Program-made: the position numbers and the translations under genes
The notes under the pieces: generated by a model
Seen by the model: only the letters and a program-made list of their open reading frames with translations
Database searches by the model: none
What the model was told of the DNA's origin: nothing
IMG/VR virus record: IMGVR_UViG_3300025121_000020
Origin: an uncultured virus (IMG/VR IMGVR_UViG_3300025121_000020)
Taxonomy: Duplodnaviria; Heunggongvirae; Uroviricota; Caudoviricetes
Length of the DNA stretch: 64,000 nucleotides
Reading direction: 5' to 3' (one strand)
In this document: positions 27,701 through 37,456 of the stretch, piece after piece
Layout of the letters: the number at the start of each line of letters is the position of its first letter
Position numbering within the stretch: the stretch's first letter is position 1

Positions 27701-29936
27701 CACGCAGCTCAAGGCGCTACCGGTCCGCGACGAGACCTTCGAGATCGTGGTGCGCGAGCAGCTAGCACAGCTCGAGGCGGAGATCGAAGACCAGGAGTCC
27801 CTGGACGACGCGCGAACGAGCATCCCATTGAAGCGCCTGCAGGCGATGAAGAAGAGCCTGGAAGCGCGTCTTACTGACCGCAAGGAGCGAACCGCGAAGG
27901 ATTCGAGCTGGACCGTGACGTTCGAGGAGCTGGGCTTCGACCTGCTGATCGGAGACGAGGCGCAGGTGTGGAAGAACCTGCAGCTCGTCACCCGGATGGG
28001 GAGCGTGAACGGGATCCGAACCGGCTCGAGCCAGATTAGCCTGGATTTCCTCGTCAAGCTCCGATACCTGCACCGGCAGGGGGGACTGAGCCTACTGGCG
28101 ACGGCCACACCTATTGCGAACTCCCTCGCGGAGGCGTTCGTCTTCGCCTCGTACCAGCAGCACGAGACGCTGAGAGAGCAGGGAATCGAGACGCCGGACG
28201 CGTTCTTCGGAGCGTTCACGAAGACGTATTCAAGCGTAGAGCTGGAACCGTCCTGCGCCGCGTACCGTGTGGTGAGCAGGCTCGAGTTCGGGAACATCCC
28301 GGAGCTGGTCTGGCTGCTCAGACAGTCCTGGCACACCAGCAAGCCGGGGGACGCGGGGCTCACCCTCCCCACACTCGCCACCGGGCAGGAGATCGTCTCT
28401 CAGACTCTCGGCTCAGGAGACCTGAAAGCGTACATCGACGCCATCGCGGACCGCGTGACGCAAATTCGCAGTGGAAACGTAGAGCCGACAGAAGACAACA
28501 TGCTCAAAGTGTGCAGCGACGGGCGCTGGGCCAGCCTGGTCAATGGCCCGCCGGACGGGACCATCCGAGACACGAAGCTCGATCGCGTGGTCGAGAACGT
28601 GCTCCGACACTACCGCGAGACGGAGGCGGAGAGGGGAGCGCAGCTCGTATTTTGCGACCTTGGGACGCCGACGGGGGAGCGTGCAGCGGAGCCTGACTCA
28701 GACTCATCCAGCGACAGGCCTGTGGATACAGTCCTGACCGGGGGAGCGCAGGTAGAACAGGCCCGCGTGTACGAGTACGTGCGCCAGGGGCTCGAGCGGG
28801 CAGGTATACCGCGCCACGAGATAGAATTCTTGCAGGACCACCCGGAACCCAAAGAACTGTACCGGCGAGTGAACGCCGGCGAGTGCCGCGTGCTGATGGG
28901 GAGTGCTCCGACCGGCATGAACGTGCAGGAACGCCTGATCGCCTTGCACCACATCGACCCGGTCTGGAGGCCGGATTGGAAAACGCAGCGAGACGGGCGG
29001 ATCGTCCGGCAGGGGAACCGGTACGGGACGGTGTACATCTACCTCTACCTGACCGAAGGTTCATTCGATGCATACATGTGGGGACTCGTCAAGTCAAAAC
29101 TTCGGGTGATCGAGCAGGTGACCTACGGTGACCCAACGGTGAGAAGAATCGACGGCGACGTGGGGGACATCGTGCTCCGAGCGAGCGAGATCCAAGCAAT
29201 AGCGTCCGGGAACCCCAAGGTATTGATCTTCGTCGGGGTCCAGAACGAGCTGACGAAATTGAGTGCGCTGCGGAACGAGTACGAGCGGAACAAAGTGCGG
29301 ATGCGCTTCCGGAAAAACTGGATTCCGCAGGAGGTGACGAGAAAAGAGAAGGCGATAGCGGGGCACAAGCGGGCAGCGGGGATAAACAAACCGGACCCGT
29401 GGCACGTCCGGATCCTGGGGAGGGACTACGACAAGAAGAGGGAGGCGGGAGAGGTGCTGTTCTCCCTGGTCAGTGGGCTGAGCGACACCCCAGTAAAGGT
29501 TGGGGAGTACGCGGGCTTCACGCTGTCCCTATCTGCGTGGGGGACACGTGCTGACTTGCGAGCGCATTTGCCGGGGTGCGAAACCGTTTACTCGTGCGCG
29601 CTGTCTACAGCTCAAGGCGTCTGGACAGCGCTGGATAACGCTATTGAGGGGGCAGCCAGGTGGATTGAAAAACTCGAGCGGGAAATAGGGGACATGCGGC
29701 GGGACGCGGCGGCCATCGAGCGGGAGCTGCCGGTAGGATGGGACAGGGCAGGGGAGTATGCGCGGGCGTACTGGCGATACAAAGAACTGGCTGAAGAGCT
29801 GGCGGGAGTGGGGGTGGGAGTGAGTGAGTTTCAGGCACCGGAGGGAGGGGTGGCGTTTCCTGCGGAGAAGATCCAAGTGGAGAGGGGGACAGTGGGGGGG
29901 CCGGAGGGGCAATTGTTACTGTTTGAGGCGGCGTGA
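24783..29936 (+). CDS. DarB-like N6-adenine methyltransferase-SNF2 helicase fusion
   Basis: YSGWG, NAHYT, LEPSAGIG, SNVPFG, EEYLSGNVR.KL, TGDGKT, DEAQ, ATATPIANS, QLVFCDLGTP, QRDGRIVRQGN. Confidence 0.92.
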   Translation: MFTLPPSLPLGGPTARYHHNVEALRVLKALRDRSAAPGGATDLERGALCLYSGWGDSAVLKLARRFEPYVGRWYNPSEDVAPLVTDEQWQGILASSVNAHYTSLDIIRAIWGGVSLLGLASRDALRILEPSAGIGHFLGAAPDWVRTQAERPVLVELDPLSAEICSYLYPEAETICSGFERTYRHPRGERTLSGWFDLCVSNVPFGKIKVADPGMHPRAATESLHNYFISRMLELTRPGGYTVAITSRYTLDGTTSAPVCRRAWAQHARLELAVRLPCDTFRMNAGTDVVTDVLFLRKLHEGESGNGDEWEGTEEREICSEKKENAYVLPDSTVSHYGAYGATWQEITVSCSVNIPTSRWYARHPDCVMGVETLTGSMYANRGRYGDLTPEAQAADLKSMDRSTRYSRRNSYEEESRRMEVSRYNVDSGPMALTERMIETFQRYLRPAAQEVSAPELQVRPAALPSAVTFAPKDPVQEAWWLVYRTAKQVIKLQVERCTDDELSQAQSVLSGAYDVATARSGKATAAGTAKAFRDRPDIHSFLLALERSDGSREAIFTRRTIFPEATPITSTDPVDALYCCLDALGRVDASWIARACGISALEAVERLGNRVYRDPETGAWVVREEYLSGNVRRKLRTARAHAMRDPSYNRNVIALETVQPKDLGPEDVSVSLKSPWVPEQYLTAFVLCLIDAAPNASIRLVHQVAGSWVLEWSSAHEDYRTARKWRTDRAALGWLLQCGMDGRTPLVYDDVEDTFEGGGKRKRRVLNQEQSVLAQAKLDDIQKEYVRWLWGGRIKPQAFTAADDARLDDTGEFSPQRAFVDTDVLERVKDLLDAYNDRFNCFVERRWDGSFLTFPGMNSEITLRKLQTDGVARVLFADRKNHPAYIWATGDGKTYGSIAAAEKRLQLGLTRKVLITVPRHLISQWADDYRRLFPGRADQILCAGKDSLTKKERGVFLSRAATGDYRVVILSHTQLKALPVRDETFEIVVREQLAQLEAEIEDQESLDDARTSIPLKRLQAMKKSLEARLTDRKERTAKDSSWTVTFEELGFDLLIGDEAQVWKNLQLVTRMGSVNGIRTGSSQISLDFLVKLRYLHRQGGLSLLATATPIANSLAEAFVFASYQQHETLREQGIETPDAFFGAFTKTYSSVELEPSCAAYRVVSRLEFGNIPELVWLLRQSWHTSKPGDAGLTLPTLATGQEIVSQTLGSGDLKAYIDAIADRVTQIRSGNVEPTEDNMLKVCSDGRWASLVNGPPDGTIRDTKLDRVVENVLRHYRETEAERGAQLVFCDLGTPTGERAAEPDSDSSSDRPVDTVLTGGAQVEQARVYEYVRQGLERAGIPRHEIEFLQDHPEPKELYRRVNAGECRVLMGSAPTGMNVQERLIALHHIDPVWRPDWKTQRDGRIVRQGNRYGTVYIYLYLTEGSFDAYMWGLVKSKLRVIEQVTYGDPTVRRIDGDVGDIVLRASEIQAIASGNPKVLIFVGVQNELTKLSALRNEYERNKVRMRFRKNWIPQEVTRKEKAIAGHKRAAGINKPDPWHVRILGRDYDKKREAGEVLFSLVSGLSDTPVKVGEYAGFTLSLSAWGTRADLRAHLPGCETVYSCALSTAQGVWTALDNAIEGAARWIEKLEREIGDMRRDAAAIERELPVGWDRAGEYARAYWRYKELAEELAGVGVGVSEFQAPEGGVAFPAEKIQVERGTVGGPEGQLLLFEAA

Positions 29937-30122
29937 ACGGATCCACCGCATCTTCCCAAACCTCTCGCGTGCCTTTAACTCTCGCAAATGCGTCAACAGA
30001 TCTTCAGCAGAAGGCCTCTCTTGCTTCTTCATCTCAAACTCGTATTCCGGATCTCCCGGGTGCACATCCTTCCAACCCTCAAAAATGATCCCGTCTTTTT
30101 CAAACGAAAATTTTGCCTTCAT
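29916..30122 (-). CDS. Small protein (68 aa) translationally coupled to the metallopeptidase-bearing gene
   Basis: ATG (MKAKFSFEK) overlaps the TGA of 30119..32569 as ATGA. Confidence 0.6.
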   Translation of the reverse strand: MKAKFSFEKDGIIFEGWKDVHPGDPEYEFEMKKQERPSAEDLLTHLRELKARERFGKMRWIRSRRLKQ

Positions 30123-32569
30123 AGCCGACCCCGTAACTTCTGCGCATACTTTTTCAACTCTGGATCCCGCGCCCCCGTACCAAGCCACCCCAAATATTTC
30201 TTTGAGGCTTCGACCCACGCATCATCCCTTACCCGACCCATGTTTACCTCAACCGAAGCCGCGTTACCCCATTCTGCGTGAGAATATTTGATCTCCTCCT
30301 CGACGTTTTCCTCAAAAACAGAGTCCGGGCGCGCTTTTTCCTCCTCTACAATTCCCTCCCAGATCTCAATCCTCCGTGCATCCCCCTCCTCCCGTACCTT
30401 GTCTAGGGATTCCTGTACACTCCGCATCGATCGATCGCGCATCTCTCGCAAAATTCTATCGCGAGCATCTGCGTGGTACTCTTCTGGTGTCATCTCGCTC
30501 GGACGCAATCCTTCCGGTTCCGGTCCGCCGTACTTGTGCAAATGTTCCTGCAGGAGCCGAACAAAGCGACTGTCGTACTCGCGTATCGTCGCCTCTCTTC
30601 CCTGTATCAGGAGATCTGCGAAACCCTGCGCGAGTAGTTCCTTCCGCCCGACCGCGTCCCCCTTTCCCGTCCTCTCGTAATAGGGTGACAACTTCTTTGC
30701 GTCGACCAGCCTGTCATGCGCCGCTATCAGCTCAGGGTGGTCGTCTAACCTCTGCAGGTCTCCTATCGCGTGGCCAATTTCGTGCGCCATCGTGACTTCG
30801 TACCCACTCTGCAACGCATTTGCCACGATCTCCCCATGACCGTAGCACCCTCCTACCTGATCCCACGACTCCCGCGTATCCCATGCCTCAGTAAGATGCT
30901 TCGCACCTTTGTAGTGCTGCATGTGATCCATATCCGTGAAGAGTTTATTCCCGATGTAGATCCCATTCAGCTCGCTATCGCGTAGGGCATGCAGTAGTTT
31001 AGGAGGGAACAGAGCTACCCCGGCTAAGTACCCCCTCATCGCCGGGCTATTCGGGTCATCCGCCTGTACACGGACCACTTTTTCCATTGCTGCTGCGTGC
31101 TCCGGATGCTCCTCTTTGAAGTAGTCCGGAACACCGGGAGGAATTTTCTCCTCATACTCCCTTCTCTTCCGCATCGCAACAACTATAGCCTGCTTTTCAG
31201 TCTTAGCCTCAGTCGCAGGAACCTCGGTGACCAGCGTTCCCCTCCCCGTCACGAACGAAACGACGTGCTTCTCATCCCCCATCTCGACCTTCGCCGAACG
31301 ACGCACGTCTTGCGCGGATCGATCCAAGAGATTCTTACTCGTCACCTCTTTAAGTTCATCAAAAACAGGAGAATCTCCGTACTTGCGGTAGACGTCATCA
31401 TCGCGATACAACTTGGCAGCGCTCATAACATCGAACTTTTCTCCGCGCTCGATGGCTTCGCTAACACTTTGAAACCAGGTAGGAGGGGACGGGTGCGCGG
31501 CCACATATTCCGCAAGTTCCGCTTTCTTTTCGCGGAGTTCTTTCTCCTGTTCCTCCATATACCCCAAGGGGTACTGCATGCGATACTTCGCCCAGTCCCC
31601 GTCCTCTATGTCTACTTTTCCGCGGACTACCCTGCGCGCTAAGTCCAAAATCTCGCTCTCACTCATCCTGCCTGCCGCGATGTCCTTACTCCACTTCGTA
31701 GGACGTTTCCCCTTCATGTAGGGAACGTCTTCGACCTTTCCTTCCACCCACCTGTCCCCCTCCACGCGCCCAGGAGTATACACGGGCCGTGTCTTGTCGG
31801 GGTGCTCTTCTGTTCCGTTTCGAATCGCCGCCGCCTTCCGCATCGTTTCGAGGATCAGTTGTCGGTCTCGGTGTACGTTACCTTCTGGGCTTTCCTGCCA
31901 CTTTTGTGCACTATCTATCGCGCTCGCGTCTTCCCGCTTCTTTCGCTCTTCGGGAAGGTTACTCACAAAATTTTCATGCTCCCACTTGTACACCTCCCAC
32001 GGCCTGGACATATCCGGACCCCCGCGTAACCTCCACTTCCCGCCGTCGACCTCTTCGAACTCCGGATCTGTGCGCAAGCTATACCCCGCGTTCTCCGGTT
32101 TGTCCAGAGCACGCGCACGATACGGTCTCTTTCCCTGCGTCCCGATCGCCTCTTCTTCCGTGATGGGTCTCCCGTAGTGCTGACGAGCGGCACGCCTGAC
32201 CTCGTTCATCACGTCTACTGTTTCAGGGGAGAGGTCCGCAGTTTTTGCGCGCTCTGCCCTCCTCTCCGCGATCGGGTCCTTCGAACTATCGGCTACCTTA
32301 GCCACGATTTCTCGGTGCTTCCGGAGGGCTTCCCCCGTCATCGATAACTTCTTGCCCTTGAGATCCTTGCTCCCCTCCCAGGAGGGATGCACCTCGTAAG
32401 AAATCTTCTTGTCCGTCACCTGAGTGTACCTAATCGGTACCCTGGCCCTGTGTTCGGCATCCGGCGCCGACGCGGCAGAGGGCATGGTGACCCAACCATC
32501 GATCTCAGAATCCGGAATGCGCGCCCCCTTGAGCATTTCTTCTACGGTAGATCTCTTGAGCACTATCAT
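30119..32569 (-). CDS. Type-A leader protein with HExxH zinc metallopeptidase
   Basis: MIVLKRSTVEEMLKG-ARIPDSEIDGWVTMPS leader; GGCYG...AHEIGH...KELLAQGF. Confidence 0.85.
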   Translation of the reverse strand: MIVLKRSTVEEMLKGARIPDSEIDGWVTMPSAASAPDAEHRARVPIRYTQVTDKKISYEVHPSWEGSKDLKGKKLSMTGEALRKHREIVAKVADSSKDPIAERRAERAKTADLSPETVDVMNEVRRAARQHYGRPITEEEAIGTQGKRPYRARALDKPENAGYSLRTDPEFEEVDGGKWRLRGGPDMSRPWEVYKWEHENFVSNLPEERKKREDASAIDSAQKWQESPEGNVHRDRQLILETMRKAAAIRNGTEEHPDKTRPVYTPGRVEGDRWVEGKVEDVPYMKGKRPTKWSKDIAAGRMSESEILDLARRVVRGKVDIEDGDWAKYRMQYPLGYMEEQEKELREKKAELAEYVAAHPSPPTWFQSVSEAIERGEKFDVMSAAKLYRDDDVYRKYGDSPVFDELKEVTSKNLLDRSAQDVRRSAKVEMGDEKHVVSFVTGRGTLVTEVPATEAKTEKQAIVVAMRKRREYEEKIPPGVPDYFKEEHPEHAAAMEKVVRVQADDPNSPAMRGYLAGVALFPPKLLHALRDSELNGIYIGNKLFTDMDHMQHYKGAKHLTEAWDTRESWDQVGGCYGHGEIVANALQSGYEVTMAHEIGHAIGDLQRLDDHPELIAAHDRLVDAKKLSPYYERTGKGDAVGRKELLAQGFADLLIQGREATIREYDSRFVRLLQEHLHKYGGPEPEGLRPSEMTPEEYHADARDRILREMRDRSMRSVQESLDKVREEGDARRIEIWEGIVEEEKARPDSVFEENVEEEIKYSHAEWGNAASVEVNMGRVRDDAWVEASKKYLGWLGTGARDPELKKYAQKLRGRL

Positions 32570-33693
32570 CCCGCGATCCTCTTCACTATTGCGTGGTACC
32601 TCTTGAACACATCGAGCATGCTCCCGCCGTTTCTCTTCACCAGGTACAGATTCGCGTCTCTCGCGTCCGCTGCCTCCTTCATCAGGACATCCCGCATTTC
32701 CAGATCCTGGAGTATACCATCAGACGCGTCTTCCAGCAGCTCCCACTGTGCGTCGACCTGATCCTGCGTCGTCCCGACCCAGGGAGACAACACGTCATCA
32801 GGATTATGCCCGTTATCTTTGACGAGCATCCTCACGTGAGAGATATCATCCTCCACTTGCCACTTCCCCGCCAGTCCCTCTTTCAATTTACCAACTTTCC
32901 CCAGATCGTACTGATGCGGAACACCGTCCTTGAGCCCCACCTGTATCTGGTCGTTCACGGCGTACCCAGCCGCATGCATCGCCTCCACGCCGGCGAGAAC
33001 GGCATGCAACTGGTCGGCGGACAACTTCGTCTTCGTGTCCAGGTGAGGCTGGATCTGAAACGCCTTGTCCCCGTGCACCCTCGTCTCGATTGGCAAGACC
33101 CCGGGTATCCCGATCCGGTGCATCTCGTTGTGCACGCGAGACTGTTCGAGCATGCGCTGCTGCGCGTCTCCCGGGCTGCGATGGTAGTCGTTCATTGGCT
33201 GGTAGGGGACGGTGGTGCTGACCTTGACCACGTGGTCGCCCACGCGGAAGGCGAGCCCGTCGTCGCCGCGCCCGAGGTACTCCCCCTCCCCGCGCAAAAC
33301 GGCGTTGACGCGAGGGTCTGCGCTATTCGGCGTCCCCGTCACACGACCGGAAAGATCGTCCACGAAGTGACGCATGGACTCGCGGGGCATGGACACGCCA
33401 CCTTCGGCGCGATCGGCGTAGTTGACTCGGATCCGATCCGGAGTGACCTCCGTGACGCGCATCGGGACGGGGGAGTGGTCCCGAGGGCTAGGGATAGAAA
33501 AGACCGTGTCGACTGTCCAACGGCCGTCGGAGTCGCGGGGCTCGGAGGAGTCGAAGCCCTTCTCGAGCGCGTGTGATCGCTCTCTGAGCCCCCTCACGGC
33601 CAACTGCGCCGTAGTCGGCATAACGGGGTCCTCCCCCTCCTGCGTCCCGTCCAGGATCGTCCCGTCCTCTAGCGTGATGCTGAATCGCCTCAT
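32566..33693 (-). CDS. Protein-kinase-like protein with KGF..PRD..GRW motif
   Basis: YLGRGDDGLAF Gly-loop, VVKV lysine, H..G...ND, YDLG (DFG-like); catalytic loop divergent. Confidence 0.65.
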   Translation of the reverse strand: MRRFSITLEDGTILDGTQEGEDPVMPTTAQLAVRGLRERSHALEKGFDSSEPRDSDGRWTVDTVFSIPSPRDHSPVPMRVTEVTPDRIRVNYADRAEGGVSMPRESMRHFVDDLSGRVTGTPNSADPRVNAVLRGEGEYLGRGDDGLAFRVGDHVVKVSTTVPYQPMNDYHRSPGDAQQRMLEQSRVHNEMHRIGIPGVLPIETRVHGDKAFQIQPHLDTKTKLSADQLHAVLAGVEAMHAAGYAVNDQIQVGLKDGVPHQYDLGKVGKLKEGLAGKWQVEDDISHVRMLVKDNGHNPDDVLSPWVGTTQDQVDAQWELLEDASDGILQDLEMRDVLMKEAADARDANLYLVKRNGGSMLDVFKRYHAIVKRIAG

Positions 33694-36600
33694 AGCCTAT
33701 GCCTCTTCCCGAACGCATCGGCGCGCTCGCTCAACTCAGGGTCTATCCCTAGCTCCCGGGTATACTTGATCCAGTCTCCCACGATCTTGCGGCTGTCTTC
33801 GCTGTCCAGCGCACTGGTCGGGTCCGTCTCCATGTCCGCGAGAGTGGCCCAGCTCTGGTGCATCTCCTTCAGGTAAGATTCCGCCTCATACTCGAAGCTC
33901 TCGGACTTCTTGGCACTACTCAGACTCTGCAGCGTGGTATTCACGTCTACGCGGAACGGGTGGAGATCCGCGTCCGACGCGCCGTCCTTCTCCCACCTGG
34001 CGAGTGATTTCTTTGCCTCCGCGAGGGACTTCGTAAGTGCGCGCACCTTCCTCTCGCGCAGCATTCGTGCCACGGTGCTTTTCCGCTCCGGAGTCGCGTA
34101 CTCCGCATAGTCGATGTCAGCGGGGGTGAGCGCAGGAACCGCCGGCCCACCGTGCTTCGCCAAGAACTCTCGCAGGAAGTGTACGAACTGCCTGTCGTAC
34201 ACGGAGGCTGCCTTCTTCGGCCCCCAGAGGAGCACGTCCTTGAACCCCTCCGCTAAGAGTTCCTTCCTACCGTCCCAGTCCCCTCCCCCGGTACGATGCA
34301 GATAGGGAACCAACTTCCCCTTCTTTGCCAGGCGGGTGTGCGCGTCAAGCAGCTCTTTCCGCCCGTTCAACCCCAGGAAGTGACCCACCGCGTGACCAAG
34401 CTCGTGGAGGATTGTATCCGACGTCGACTTACCGTCCCCGGCGTCGAACAGGTTATTCGCCACCGCTACATTCTGCGCAGGGGCGAACACCCCGTGGATG
34501 TCGTCGTAGGACGTCCGGGTGTCCCAGGGCTTCGGGACGAGCACTTCCCCGCGCAAGCGACTGAGGTGATCCAGGTCTGGCGTGAGCAGAGAACCTACGT
34601 GCACGCCGTTGAGCCCGTAGTCTCGAAGCGTCTTCAATAGCGGAGCCGGCACCTTCGCGAGTGCGTCCACCCCCTTCCGGATGGACTCCCCCTTGCTCTC
34701 CGCACCCTCTACCCGCAGCAGATCTCTCAGCGATTCAGCGTGCTCCGGATGCTCCTTTTCGAACCACTCCGGCACCGCAGCGGGCTTCTCGCTCTCTCGA
34801 GCTGCCATCTGTCGGCGCGCGACGTCGATAGCCTGATCTGGGGTAGCAACATCGGCATGCGGTACGACCTCCGTCCACGTCGAGTATGGGTTCCGGAACT
34901 CCACCCGGTAAGGCGCGTTAGCCTCCGTCGACGCCAGGACACTAACGGCGTCCTTACTCATCTCCAGCGGGTGCTTGGCGTGCTTCTCCAGGAACGCAGC
35001 CCACGACGGGCTGTCTTCGCTCCCTTTGAAGAAGTGCGGGTGCAGCCTCTTTCCCACTTCGGCGGAGAGGGGCTCCCCCCTCTTTATCGCCGCGTCAACC
35101 ATGTCGTCCCAGGACCCCGTCACCTCTGGGTGCTTCACAGCATGCCAGGCGTACTTCTTTCCCGCGTCGCGTAACGCTTCTGCTGAGCTATCCAGCTTGA
35201 GGAGCGCGTACTTCACATCCTGCTCGTATCCGCTGCGATCCAGCCACCCGGACGCCAGGTACATCCGGGCATCCGTCGCGACCTGACCCTGCGCAGCCTC
35301 GAGCCTTTCTGTAAGCTTCTGGCGCTTGCTCTCATCCTTCAGATCGGAGAACTGCTTCGACAACCTATTGTACGAAGCCAAGTGCTTCTCCACGTCAACA
35401 GACGGGTGCCTGTATTTAGCGTATAGGTATGCCAGGTCAAATTTGTAGTATATAGCTTCCCGTGCCTCTTCGTGGGCGTACCTAGCTGTGGACAGGGCGG
35501 ATCGAAGGTCCTCCCGCTCCTCTTCGTATGGGTCGTTGCGCTTGGCCGCGTGCCACTGGCTCTCTTTCAGCTCCCAGGGACGATCGCGCAGAGTCGGATC
35601 GCCCTTCACGCGCCAGTACCCTGGGGCGTCTGGATCCTGCTCGAAGCGATCGTCGTGCTCAACCCCAGACACATCCTGTGGTCTCGCCCTCCCTCCCTTC
35701 TTCCTGACAGCTACGATCAGAGCATTGTCCGGCACTCCTTCCAGAGCCTTCACGTGCCTGTCCGCATCCTCCTTCGCCACCTTGCTCTTAGTATTTTCCG
35801 CCACCTTCGCCGCGATCTCCCGGTGCTTCCGCAAACTCTCCCCTTCGAGCACAATCGAGTCCTTGTGGATGTCTCCGGACTCTGGGTGGAAACCGGGGTG
35901 AACCTCAGCTACCACCTTGTCCGCACTGACCGACTTGTACCGAATCGGCACCCGCGCACGGTGCTCCGCGTCCGGAGACGTCCCCTTCGACGGCATGGTG
36001 ATCCATCCGTCGATCTCTGAGTCTGGGACGCGCCCCTTGAGCATCTCCGCGTTGTACCGCACCACGAACTCTCGCTGTCCTGCGCGGTTACTCGCCCACA
36101 CGATGTCGGCGATCGGTACGTCTCGGCTCAGTATCGGCCACTGGTACTCTTTCCGAAGCCCGCTCTGCCCCCAGTGTTCAGCGAAGCGTCGACTCGACGT
36201 CCAGGACAGCGCAAAGGGCGTCTTTTCGTTCCCCTTGAGCGGCCTTTGCGCGCGGTACAGGTGTACGGTATCACCAAACTTCGCGCGTAACGCATCCCGC
36301 ACGGGTGTGAACGTTTTCTCGAGCTCGCGCTGCACATCTTCCGGCGGGTCGTACGTCAGCCCCACGTCGGGGCACATCAAACCGTACTCGGCGCCGGAGC
36401 CGTCCGCTTCGCACCCGAAGTGATTCTCGAGCCTCTGGGCCGCACCGAATGACAGGCTGCGATCAGCTTCCGCGACGATCCGCCCCACTTCCGAATCATT
36501 GAACGGATCCGCAGATGGGTCCCGCGCCCACTTACCTTTGCGGTCCCGGGTCTGCGCGGGGTCAAACCCCTTCTCCGCGTCCAGCTCGATCTCCTCCGGC

Positions 36601-37454
36601 TCATCCCCCATCAAGTCCCGCGCATCCTCATCCAGCTTGTACCCGTGCTCGTGCAGGAAGTCCCAGGCGTCGTCACGCTTCCCCTCCACGTCCAGGAGCC
36701 ACTTCCCGCTACCCGGCACGTGCTTCGCCCCCATCTTCTCCAGTGCTCGCGCCTGAGCGCTCCCGTGCTTTGCTGACACCGCGAGGTGCCCGTTCGAGAA
36801 GGTGGCAGTGCGGGCGAGCTTCGGATCTGACGCCTCCGTCTTGCGCGCCCCGGTCAAGAATTGGATGCGCTTGCTCTCCCTGGCTCGAGCCGCTTGGTCC
36901 TTCACGTTGCGCATCACGGACAGGGCGGACTTGAGCTGCTTGCGACGGTCGAGGGTGTAGGTGGCGCCCCAGGGAGTACGTGCAGTGACGTCGTTACCGT
37001 GGACGGACTGCATGTCGACCGGAACGGCGTGCTTCGGGTGGGAGTCGTCCCGGACGGAGATGAAGCCTTGGATGCCCTTGTCTGCCTGGCGGGTAGCGTG
37101 CTCACCAGCGTGCTCAGTAAACAAGTCCGCCTGCTGCGCATGCTCCGTATTCTGCCCCCCATACGGCCCCGCACTCCCTGGCACCACGTCCGTGCTCACA
37201 CTGTTGAAGGACTGCTGTCCCTTCTCTGCGGCGCGCTCGAACTGCTCATCGCTATACCCGTGCTTACTGAGCCAGGCCCTGGCGCGTTCCTCCGTCCACA
37301 ACCTGCGATCGAAGCGAACGGACTGGACGGAGGCATCGTCACCCTTGAAGCCAAGGATGAGAGAGACGCCGGGGGCCTTCGAACGCTGCGTGATGAAGCG
37401 ATCGAAGGTGTTGGGGTCACGCTGGCGTGCGGCGTGGAAGTTGGGGAATGGCAC
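33690..37454 (-). CDS. 1254-aa polyvalent protein: ART-like + internal type-A module + HExxH metallopeptidase
   Basis: HLYRAQ...LSWTSS..FA...QREFVV (R-S-E ART pattern); EMLKG-RVPDSEIDGWITMPS; LHELGH...KELLAEGF. C-terminal half is paralogous to 30119..32569. Confidence 0.85.
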   Translation of the reverse strand: MPFPNFHAARQRDPNTFDRFITQRSKAPGVSLILGFKGDDASVQSVRFDRRLWTEERARAWLSKHGYSDEQFERAAEKGQQSFNSVSTDVVPGSAGPYGGQNTEHAQQADLFTEHAGEHATRQADKGIQGFISVRDDSHPKHAVPVDMQSVHGNDVTARTPWGATYTLDRRKQLKSALSVMRNVKDQAARARESKRIQFLTGARKTEASDPKLARTATFSNGHLAVSAKHGSAQARALEKMGAKHVPGSGKWLLDVEGKRDDAWDFLHEHGYKLDEDARDLMGDEPEEIELDAEKGFDPAQTRDRKGKWARDPSADPFNDSEVGRIVAEADRSLSFGAAQRLENHFGCEADGSGAEYGLMCPDVGLTYDPPEDVQRELEKTFTPVRDALRAKFGDTVHLYRAQRPLKGNEKTPFALSWTSSRRFAEHWGQSGLRKEYQWPILSRDVPIADIVWASNRAGQREFVVRYNAEMLKGRVPDSEIDGWITMPSKGTSPDAEHRARVPIRYKSVSADKVVAEVHPGFHPESGDIHKDSIVLEGESLRKHREIAAKVAENTKSKVAKEDADRHVKALEGVPDNALIVAVRKKGGRARPQDVSGVEHDDRFEQDPDAPGYWRVKGDPTLRDRPWELKESQWHAAKRNDPYEEEREDLRSALSTARYAHEEAREAIYYKFDLAYLYAKYRHPSVDVEKHLASYNRLSKQFSDLKDESKRQKLTERLEAAQGQVATDARMYLASGWLDRSGYEQDVKYALLKLDSSAEALRDAGKKYAWHAVKHPEVTGSWDDMVDAAIKRGEPLSAEVGKRLHPHFFKGSEDSPSWAAFLEKHAKHPLEMSKDAVSVLASTEANAPYRVEFRNPYSTWTEVVPHADVATPDQAIDVARRQMAARESEKPAAVPEWFEKEHPEHAESLRDLLRVEGAESKGESIRKGVDALAKVPAPLLKTLRDYGLNGVHVGSLLTPDLDHLSRLRGEVLVPKPWDTRTSYDDIHGVFAPAQNVAVANNLFDAGDGKSTSDTILHELGHAVGHFLGLNGRKELLDAHTRLAKKGKLVPYLHRTGGGDWDGRKELLAEGFKDVLLWGPKKAASVYDRQFVHFLREFLAKHGGPAVPALTPADIDYAEYATPERKSTVARMLRERKVRALTKSLAEAKKSLARWEKDGASDADLHPFRVDVNTTLQSLSSAKKSESFEYEAESYLKEMHQSWATLADMETDPTSALDSEDSRKIVGDWIKYTRELGIDPELSERADAFGKRHRL

Positions 37455-37456
37455 GG

